59,664 nucleotides of DNA, from NCBI GenBank assembly GCA_025350595.1, contig JANXXP010000160.1, forward strand, positions 1 through 59,664, in the 5' to 3' direction. The notes below the pieces were generated by a model that was not told the DNA's origin, made no database searches, and saw only the letters and a program-made list of their open reading frames with translations. Position numbers and translations under genes: made by a program. Below, in pieces: positions 1-6,797 of this stretch. Every line of letters starts with the position of its first letter. Position 1 is the stretch's first letter. The stretch comes from Bacteroidota bacterium (GTDB lineage: Bacteria; Bacteroidota; Bacteroidia; Bacteroidales; VadinHA17).

Positions 1-166
1 CACCTCCGCTAAGATCCCTTTGCATATCAGTTAGACCATTTTTAGCAATGTAACTTAATATTTGTTGATTGTCATAGTCTTTGATACCTGGATCATTTTG
101 GCCCTTTCGGCACGAAGACAAACCAATAGCAGAAAGTAGCAGAAGGGTAAAAAATTTTGGTTTCAT
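1..166 (-). CDS. lipoprotein, N-terminal part (possibly FKBP-type peptidyl-prolyl isomerase); runs off the window
   Basis: Hand translation from ATG at 166 on the minus strand gives MKPKFFTLLLLSAIGLSSCRKGQNDPGIKDYDNQQILSYIAKNGLTDMQRDLSGG. It has a signal peptide with lipobox LSSC. The YIAKNGL...SG stretch resembles the N-terminal region of Bacteroidota FKBP lipoproteins. It is partial, so it is absent from the ORF track. Confidence 0.4.
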   Translation of the reverse strand, partial: MKPKFFTLLLLSAIGLSSCRKGQNDPGIKDYDNQQILSYIAKNGLTDMQRDLSGG

Positions 167-260
167 TAAAGTCATTTGTTTTTTATCTGGAATGAAGCTA
201 TCATGAGCCTTGTTAATGTATTTTGTAAGTAGCCCAAATGGATTCATTTATATTAATTCG

Positions 261-1073
261 TTACATCATAAAGTTGAATATCAAAGGTAATCCTCCCCTG
301 TATTCTCCATCCCATAAAGTCCTGTACTGATCCATTGTAGCAAATGTGATCCCTTCCCAAACCGGACCGCATCCCATTGAAGCATCGCCAATATTACAAA
401 CAATAATACCCGGTTTACGATTGATCTTTTTATAAAGAGCTGCACCTACTGAGATGTCTCCGGAACCACCAACAATAGCATTGTTAGGATAAATTCCGAA
501 AGGAGTGAAGAAGGCATGCATCGATCCCCCCAGCCCTTTATTGAATCCGTTTTCGCGGGCAAATATTTCAGCAAGAGCACCATACAGAAGAAAGTTTACT
601 GCAAGATCCTTAATTGTCCCCTGAAATCCTTTTTCAACAACTTTCAGAGCTGATCCTCCGAAGTAGTTTTTCATAACTGAATAAAGAGCATCCTCATCGA
701 GACGATGAATAGCAGATAATCCTTTTGCCAGAATCTCACCATGACTACGGTGCGATCCGAAGATATAATCATCTGCATCAAGAGTATATGCCATTCCCAC
801 AGCAGCTGCTTCCTGACCAATGGAGAGGTGAGCAGGTCCGGGGTGGTTATATGGAATACCATTATATTCATTGGTCGTCTTGATCAGGTTGAGCATAGTC
901 TCAAATTCCCTTATAACAACCATATCGTGATAAATTCTGAGAAAATCTTCCTTTGTAAAAATCTTCTTTTCTTCTTCAATGGATTTGTTATACTGGTTTA
1001 CCGGAATCTTCCCGAATTCAATAAATTTAGGTTTTCTGACCTCTTTCGGATTGATGTTTTGACTTTTTGGCAT
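261..1073 (-). pseudogene. TPP-dependent 2-oxo-acid dehydrogenase E1 component, alpha subunit, 3'-truncated
   Basis: The 270-aa ORF has E1-alpha motifs ([22 protein letters not shown]). It stops at ...[11 protein letters not shown], in the middle of the conserved core where E1 alpha normally continues for about 100 more residues. No E1 beta follows; an unrelated lipoprotein gene starts about 95 nt later. Confidence 0.6.
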
Positions 1074-1099
1074 ATCTTTTATTTAATAATTTTTGTTGT

Positions 1100-1139
1100 C
1101 ATTGCGTGGATCCGCCAACTGGCGGAGGCGAAGCAATCC
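1100..1139. repeat. intergenic hairpin repeat, family TCATTGC...GCGAAGCAATCC (second copy at 44585..44615)
   Basis: The sequence is tcattgcgtggatccgccaactggcggaggcgaagcaatcc. An outer stem ATTGC/GCAAT encloses the inner stem CCGCC/GGCGG. It shares TCATTGC and G(G/A)CGAAGCAATCC (12/13) with 44585..44615. Confidence 0.55.
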
Positions 1140-1141
1140 TT

Positions 1142-1205
1142 CCTTTCTGCCCCTGAATATCCTAAAGGGGACTTCTTATACCCCCTTTTGCGGGCAGGGG
1201 GCTAA
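1142..1205. repeat. intergenic repeat with two C-run/G-run hairpins (looser family, see 6640..6748 and 3495..3511)
   Basis: CCCCT(1150-1154)/AGGGG(1166-1170) and CCCCC(1181-1185)/GGGGG(1197-1201) form two hairpins. The blocks cctttc, tgaat, gggact, tataCcccctt and gggggNtaa recur in the same order at 6640..6748. Confidence 0.4.
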
Positions 1206-2422
1206 TACCGGAAGCCTTCAATCTGCTCCTTAATCTCTTTCAGAAAAAGTGTAGCTGGTCCTCCATCTATAGCCCTGTGATCGTAAGTTAGTGATAATCC
1301 GATGTATGGAACGAAACCGAAGATGCCATTTCCCATGTTGGCCGGACGGCTAATAATTGTGCATACACCTAGGATTCCTGCTTGTGGAAGATTAACTACT
1401 GGGGTAAACATTTCAACACCATAGTTTCCAAGATTTGATACTGTAAAGGTGGCAGCAGTACTTTTAATCAGCTCTGGATTGACACTTCCTTTTCTGCATG
1501 ATTCTGCAAGCGATTTGAGTTCCTTCGATAATGTCACCAGATCCATATCGCTGGCATTCTTTACTGCCGGAACCATTAATCCTCTTGGAGTATCAACTGC
1601 CAGTCCGAGATGAACCTTATTGAAAGTTTTAATCCGGTCATCCAGAAAATGACTGTTTGCTTCAGGAAATTTCAGGAGTGCTTTTATAACACACCAGCAA
1701 ACCATATCGTTCAGAGTAATATCCTGAGGAGATTTACCGGATGATTTTTCGTTTTTGATTTTCTGTCTGGCCTCGAGCAGATGACGTACATCAGCGCTCA
1801 TGTGATGGGTTAACTGTGCTGAGTTCTGCAATGAATCATGCATAGCTTTTGAAATGAGTTTTCTTACATTACTCAGAGGTGCTTCAGTAAATTCAGCACC
1901 TGTTGTCTGAACAATCCTTGTGATGGCAGAGGCCCCTGACAAAGCCCTATCAATATCGCTGGTAATTATTCTTCCATTAGGTCCGGACCCTTGCAGGGCA
2001 TTATAATTGAAATTTTTATCCTTTGCAAGTTTCTTTGCCCTGGGTGATATCCTCATTTTACCATTTGCTACTGGCATTAAATTCTCAACCTCAGTCTGAA
2101 TTTTAGTCTCAACCTTAACCTCAGCCTTAACCTCATTTTGTGATGATTGGGAATTGTTTGGATGAAATGAAAGGGTTTCTTCGCCGCTTTTCCCAATAAC
2201 TGCAACATTTACGAGTACAGGCACTTCAGCTCCTTCTGCAAAAAACATATCAAGAAGTATACCTTCAACCGCTGATTCCAGATCGAATGCAGCCTTATCG
2301 GTTTCGTATGAAAAGAGGATATCCCCTACAGAGACTTTTTCACCTTTATTCTTAAACCATTTTGTGATGATACAGGTCTCGACCGACTGCCCCTGCTTTG
2401 GCATTATTACTGCTGTTGCCAT
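1202..2422 (-). CDS. dihydrolipoamide acyltransferase (E2 component of a 2-oxo-acid dehydrogenase complex)
   Basis: The 406-aa ORF has an N-terminal lipoyl domain (ETDKAAFDLES), a peripheral subunit-binding region (ISPRAKKLA) and a catalytic domain with DHRAIDGG. Confidence 0.9.
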   Translation of the reverse strand: MATAVIMPKQGQSVETCIITKWFKNKGEKVSVGDILFSYETDKAAFDLESAVEGILLDMFFAEGAEVPVLVNVAVIGKSGEETLSFHPNNSQSSQNEVKAEVKVETKIQTEVENLMPVANGKMRISPRAKKLAKDKNFNYNALQGSGPNGRIITSDIDRALSGASAITRIVQTTGAEFTEAPLSNVRKLISKAMHDSLQNSAQLTHHMSADVRHLLEARQKIKNEKSSGKSPQDITLNDMVCWCVIKALLKFPEANSHFLDDRIKTFNKVHLGLAVDTPRGLMVPAVKNASDMDLVTLSKELKSLAESCRKGSVNPELIKSTAATFTVSNLGNYGVEMFTPVVNLPQAGILGVCTIISRPANMGNGIFGFVPYIGLSLTYDHRAIDGGPATLFLKEIKEQIEGFRY

Positions 2423-2612
2423 TTTGTATTATTTATTAGTTATCTGGTTAACCCTGGATTCAATTATTCTATAAGTTGGCTTACGACGCAGGGCGCACGG
2501 TTTTATTCTTCATTTTTTTTTTCGTGAGTCGTGTGTCTTTTCTCAACTTGTAAGCATAAGTAAATCAATAAATTTATAAAGTTATCTTAATTCCATGGTA
2601 AATTGGAGCATA

Positions 2613-2620
2613 CAAAAATA
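2613..2620 (-). promoter_or_regulatory. candidate Bacteroidota -7 promoter box (TATTTTTG on minus strand) for the E2/E1 operon
   Basis: Plus-strand caaaaata is the reverse complement of TATTTTTG, matching TAnnTTTG. It lies about 190 nt upstream of the E2 start and directly next to the 16-bp palindrome. Confidence 0.3.
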
Positions 2621-2629
2621 GTTCATTTA

Positions 2630-2645
2630 ACTTGTAATTACAAGT
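2630..2645. promoter_or_regulatory. perfect 16-bp palindrome ACTTGTAATTACAAGT, candidate GntR-family operator
   Basis: Read directly in the divergent gap between the E2 operon and the GntR gene. It contains the GT...AC inverted core typical of GntR/HutC operators. Confidence 0.45.
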
Positions 2646-2721
2646 AAAAAATACTATTTTTACATTTTATTCATAATATTTATCTTTAAACTATATACTA
2701 CTTACTACCTACTTTTTTATT

Positions 2722-3438
2722 ATGTCTCTCCAGAAAACCATACCTCAGCACCGCCGTCTTTATGAGATCCTCAGAAAGCACATTCAGGATGGTGTTTACA
2801 AGGAAGGTGACCTCTTGCCTTCTGAGAATGAGTTATGCCAGTTGTATGGAATGACACGTCCAACGGTCCGGCAATCGCTTAGTACACTTGCTAATGATGG
2901 ATACATAAGAAAACATCAGGGAAAAGGGAGTATAGTCCATAATCTTCAGAGGGAGATTGGTATACTTTCAGTTTCAGGTACTACATCGGCAGTAGGAGAC
3001 AGAAATCTCAAGACAAAGATCATTGTAAAGCCTTTATTAATGCCATGGCCCGCTGATTTTATGTTTACTCTGACGGACCTTGAAAATGAATCGGGTTGTA
3101 TTTATATGGAAAGGGTAAGACTTCTTGATGATGTGCCAATTTTTTACGATATCAGTTTTATTGCTAACCTAAACCTTCCCCGGATCACTGCCAGGCAGTT
3201 TGAAGACAGGTCTCTTTTTCAGATCCTTCGTGATTATTACCGTGTTGAGATAACAGGAGGAGAACAAAGGATAAAAGCTATTCCTGCTACTGTAAAAATC
3301 GGTAAATTGCTTCAGCTCAAAAAAAATCATCCGGTTCTTCATATGGAAAGAAAGCTGGAAACTAACAATCCCGGCCTCTTTCTCTATTCATCAATCTATT
3401 GTAATACAGAAAAGTACTCTATATTCGGACGTTTTTAG
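2722..3438 (+). CDS. GntR family transcriptional regulator (HutC-like: wHTH plus UTRA effector domain)
   Basis: The 238-aa ORF carries LPSENELCQLYGMTRPTVRQSLSTLANDGYIRKHQGKGSIV, the GntR wHTH signature. The C-terminal ~150 aa have UTRA-like length and pattern. Confidence 0.85.
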   Translation: MSLQKTIPQHRRLYEILRKHIQDGVYKEGDLLPSENELCQLYGMTRPTVRQSLSTLANDGYIRKHQGKGSIVHNLQREIGILSVSGTTSAVGDRNLKTKIIVKPLLMPWPADFMFTLTDLENESGCIYMERVRLLDDVPIFYDISFIANLNLPRITARQFEDRSLFQILRDYYRVEITGGEQRIKAIPATVKIGKLLQLKKNHPVLHMERKLETNNPGLFLYSSIYCNTEKYSIFGRF

Positions 3439-3454
3439 GGAACACAAAGTTAAA

Positions 3455-3538
3455 ATTTCGCGCAAAGACGCAAAAACCTTCTTTCCTTTTATACACCCTT
3501 AAGCGGGATTTCGAAACTTCGTTTCTCAACTTCTTACT
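3455..3538. repeat. mosaic of dispersed repeat words between convergent genes
   Basis: It contains gcgcaaagacgcaaaaacc (the CGCAAAG word family). It also contains acccttaagcgggattt, the reverse complement of the AAATCCCGCTTA core also at 6658. A third piece, tttctcaacttcttac, is similar to ttttctcaacttgtaagc near 2538. Confidence 0.45.
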
Positions 3539-3545
3539 TTTGTCT

Positions 3546-4679
3546 TTATTTCCCGTATCTCCAGAAATACGGCTCCTGATTTGTCCCACGGACCGTACAA
3601 TCAGCACATTCTTTGGAGTAGGTAATGACTTTATATGACGGCATAAAATTGTCGACAATAACCCATGTAGTTGTATTCAGGTTTGGGATGAAACCTCCGT
3701 CAAAAATTGTGTCTGCAACACAGGCATCTGCATTGTAAGGATTAACTATACCTGCAAAATTATCCTTGATGAAAATTCTGCTGGATGAAACTGCTGAAAC
3801 GCTGAAATAACCAAGGACTTTCAGGCTAGGATCATATGTGCAAAAAAGATTTCCTGAAACAGATGATGGTATCAGATCATAGAGACCTCCAACCTGTTCG
3901 GATAGACTCTTAAGTTTTTCCCAATAAAGATATTCGTCCTCATTTAAAGAATATTGTTTCACCAGAGCGCTGTATTTTATTTTCAAACGGTCGGTAGTGT
4001 TTGAAATAAAATTCAGAGGGTACTTCACGATCCTTGCTTCTGCCAAAGCAGTGGTACTTTTTACATTGATCTTATCAGAATTTGCTGAAACCCAGCATAT
4101 ATTATTGGGAACAGTGTACGGAAGCCTGAACTCCCAGGTCTCATCATATTCCCATCTGTAGAATTTGCACTGGTTCGAAGGATCGTGTGTATCTAAATAG
4201 ATCTGGCACCCCTCTTTAGGCAGCGCATATTTATTGTTATCAGGAATTGTAACTTTTTCATAATAGATATTGTCTATTGGTGGTACCGGCTTCATTTCCA
4301 TCGGAAGTGATTCGTAGTTAAAACTCTTATTAAATGAAGGTGTATTAGTCTTGATATGCAGAGTATAGAATCGTCCTATTACCCCCCGGATATATGATTG
4401 TGAAACGTATGTGCCCGGTTCTGTTTCAAATAGCTGGAAGTAGGTTCCCATATCATCAGAAATTGTAACTATACTGCCGCTTACAGGTATCGCATTGCTG
4501 ATTGTTCCCAGCGGAAGTGAGCTTGAAAGTTTTATAATACCTGAACCCCTCTGATCTGTTAAAAGGCCTTCAACAACCAGAATTTCCTGGCTCTCTTTGG
4601 TTTCAGGAATAAACTGGGAAATGCAACTGCCCAGAAGTATGATAAATATTATAAATACCTTTTCCTTTATCTGTTTCAT
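3546..4679 (-). CDS. DUF4249 domain-containing lipoprotein
   Basis: The 377-aa ORF has the signal/lipobox IILLGSC. The VVEGLLTDQ...IKLSSS start pattern and the size are typical of DUF4249. Confidence 0.6.
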   Translation of the reverse strand: MKQIKEKVFIIFIILLGSCISQFIPETKESQEILVVEGLLTDQRGSGIIKLSSSLPLGTISNAIPVSGSIVTISDDMGTYFQLFETEPGTYVSQSYIRGVIGRFYTLHIKTNTPSFNKSFNYESLPMEMKPVPPIDNIYYEKVTIPDNNKYALPKEGCQIYLDTHDPSNQCKFYRWEYDETWEFRLPYTVPNNICWVSANSDKINVKSTTALAEARIVKYPLNFISNTTDRLKIKYSALVKQYSLNEDEYLYWEKLKSLSEQVGGLYDLIPSSVSGNLFCTYDPSLKVLGYFSVSAVSSSRIFIKDNFAGIVNPYNADACVADTIFDGGFIPNLNTTTWVIVDNFMPSYKVITYSKECADCTVRGTNQEPYFWRYGK

Positions 4680-4838
4680 CAGAAACTATAATCAGACCCA
4701 CACTAACGCAAATGTAGATAATTAATTATTCATAAATAGCCAAAATAGAGCTCAAATCTATTGTTTCTTGTTTATTGTTTTGGGTTTGTCCAAGCCTTTC
4801 TCCCTTTGCATCCGCATATCTTTACAACAGATATTTGC

Positions 4839-4846
4839 TATATTTG
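4839..4846 (+). promoter_or_regulatory. candidate -7 promoter box TATATTTG
   Basis: It matches TAnnTTTG and lies 20 nt upstream of the ATG at 4867 of the hydrolase remnant. Confidence 0.4.
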
Positions 4847-4866
4847 AACTTACAAATCAGGAATTT

Positions 4867-5230
4867 ATGAAAAGACGCGATATGCTAAAAGTTGCCGGCA
4901 CTCTTGCCGCTGCTCCATTAATTTTACCATAATCACTATCTAAATTTAAGACAGCGCTGTATATTTATTATGAATCACAAAAAATTAAGCGCTTCGGCGA
5001 TGATCGTGACTGGTTCTTCGAAAAGCGCTTCGGTATGTTTGTGCACTGTGGATTATTATACCGACCTTCATCTCGAAAGAAGTATCGACCCTGTTGATTG
5101 TGTTGTAGATCTTAGTCCGAGTGATCATCTTGAACAGAAGAAATATCTGAGACTCAGGAATCTTCCTGCAAATGAACTTTCTGATTCGGTTCTTGTAGTT
5201 AAACTTGAATTTAAAAATACATTAGAGTGA
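4867..5230 (+). pseudogene. alpha-L-fucosidase (GH29)-like gene remnant: TAT signal, N-terminal core fragment and C-terminal tail only
   Basis: Frame 1 reads MKRRDMLKVAGTLAAAPLILP*, an in-frame TAA. The same frame then continues ...YESQKIKRFGDDRDWFFEKRFGMFVHCGLL, the W..RFGMF.HWG motif with W changed to C. Frame 2 (track ORF 4970..5230) ends ...LRNLPANELSDSVLVVKLEF. The whole locus is only 364 bp. Confidence 0.6.
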
Positions 5231-5291
5231 TAAAAAAATTCTTACTTTTATCACTACCAACCAAAACATATTTAACTATAAAATTATAACT

Positions 5292-6614
5292 ATGAAAGAA
5301 CAAAAGAAATCATTATCAAGACGTCAGTTCCTGAACTTTTCAGTTGCGGGTATGGCAGGTATTATGGTACTTCCACGTCTTACTTCATTTGGTAAAAGCG
5401 AGTCTGTCGCTGAAGTTAAACTTGGATTCATCGGTATGGGTCAACAGGCAATGTTTCTCCTGAATGGTTTTCTTCAGATACCCGGAGTAACAGTTGTAGC
5501 TGGTTGCGATGTATATGGAATTAAACGGAAACGTTTTGAAAAACGCGTAAAAGCTTTCTATACAAAAGCCGGAAAAGAAGCAAAAGTAGATACCTATGAG
5601 AAGTATCAGGACATCCTCGACAGAAAAGATATCAATGCTGTAGTTATTGCAGTTCCTGATCACTCACATGCAATGATCGCTATTGCAGCATGCAAGGCTG
5701 GTAAGGATATCTATCTCGAGAAACCAATGACCTTTACTATTAAAGAAGGTCAGGAATTGAAAAAAGCAGTAAGAGATAGTAAAATAGTCTTTGGTCTTGG
5801 TAGTATGCAGAGATCATCTCCTGAATTTCAGCACGCCGTGAAACTTGTTCAGGACGGAGCATTAGGCAAGATAACAAAAGTTAATGCATTCGTTGGTGAT
5901 CCTCCTAAACCATACGACCTTCCTGAGGAACCAATTCCAGCTGATCTTAACTGGGATTTATGGCTGGGCTCACTTCCAATGCCGATTCATTTCAATAATC
6001 AGCTCGATCCTCCGATAACACTTGATCCTGATCAGAATGAAAAATTGTGGGGTGCATGGCGCTGGTACAAAGAGATGGGCGGAGGATTTACAACTGACTG
6101 GGGCGCTCACATGTTCGATATAGCACAATGGGGTCTTGGCATGGACAAGAATGGTCCGGTTGAAATTTCACCTATTGACGACGGAACACATTTCATTTCT
6201 TATAAGTATGCGAATGGAGTTGTTATGACCTCCGAGCCTTTTGATGAGAGGAAAACCAAAGGTGTCAAATTCTGGGGCGAAAAAGGATGGATTGAAGTTT
6301 CAAGAGGATCTTTTAAATCATCTGATGAAAAATTTGCTCTTCCAAAATCCGCTACTGCTTTTGAGGGACCTTATGAAACAAGAATTCCTCACCAGCTCAA
6401 TTTCGTAGAGTCAGTACGTTCACGTAAAGATCCTGTTGTTACCGTTGAAATCGGTCACAGCAGCTGCACAGTATGTACTCTTGGAAACATAGCATGTGCA
6501 TTGAAACGTACTATCAAATGGAATCCACAAACAGAAACCTTCATCGATGATACTGATGGCGCTGCAACAAAATTGATGCACTACCAATATCGTAAAGGTT
6601 GGAAACTGGTATAG
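5292..6614 (+). CDS. Gfo/Idh/MocA family oxidoreductase with twin-arginine signal
   Basis: The 440-aa ORF has the TAT motif SRRQFLNF, a Rossmann start KLGFIGMGQQ and the EKPMT motif. Confidence 0.85.
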   Translation: MKEQKKSLSRRQFLNFSVAGMAGIMVLPRLTSFGKSESVAEVKLGFIGMGQQAMFLLNGFLQIPGVTVVAGCDVYGIKRKRFEKRVKAFYTKAGKEAKVDTYEKYQDILDRKDINAVVIAVPDHSHAMIAIAACKAGKDIYLEKPMTFTIKEGQELKKAVRDSKIVFGLGSMQRSSPEFQHAVKLVQDGALGKITKVNAFVGDPPKPYDLPEEPIPADLNWDLWLGSLPMPIHFNNQLDPPITLDPDQNEKLWGAWRWYKEMGGGFTTDWGAHMFDIAQWGLGMDKNGPVEISPIDDGTHFISYKYANGVVMTSEPFDERKTKGVKFWGEKGWIEVSRGSFKSSDEKFALPKSATAFEGPYETRIPHQLNFVESVRSRKDPVVTVEIGHSSCTVCTLGNIACALKRTIKWNPQTETFIDDTDGAATKLMHYQYRKGWKLV

Positions 6615-6639
6615 GTGAGGACCTGCTGCTAAATTTTAC

Positions 6640-6748
6640 CTTTCCGTGAATTACCCCAAATCCCGCTTAGGTGGGACTAATGTTTATAATATTTTGAATA
6701 TTAATAATATATGCAGTATAACCCCTTCAGGGGGGCCTGGGGGTAAAA
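6640..6748. repeat. intergenic repeat (same family as 1142..1205; core AAATCCCGCTTA shared with 3495..3511 inverted)
   Basis: The element reads cctttccgtgaattaccccaaatcccgcttaggtgggacta ... gcagtataaccccttcaggggggcctgggggtaa. Its block order parallels 1142..1205. Confidence 0.4.
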
Positions 6749-6797
6749 ATCAGGGAATAGTTGGATTGAATAAGTTATATACCTGATATTTAGTAAT

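Noticed and set aside
741-1205. 154-aa plus-strand ORF overlapping the E1 alpha gene. Similar long shadow ORFs lie at 15004..15531, 19848..20447, 42477..42929, 52407..52844 and 21433..21717.
   Set aside because: All lie antisense to, or out of frame within, genes that have clear family motifs. Their products are low-complexity or Ser/Ile/Phe-rich with no recognisable motifs, which is typical of shadow ORFs in AT-rich DNA.
4970-5230. 86-aa ORF from the track, considered as an independent gene.
   Set aside because: Its 5' part overlaps a better GH29-like reading in another frame, and only its 3' end looks protein-like. I interpret it as the C-terminal fragment of the deleted hydrolase gene.
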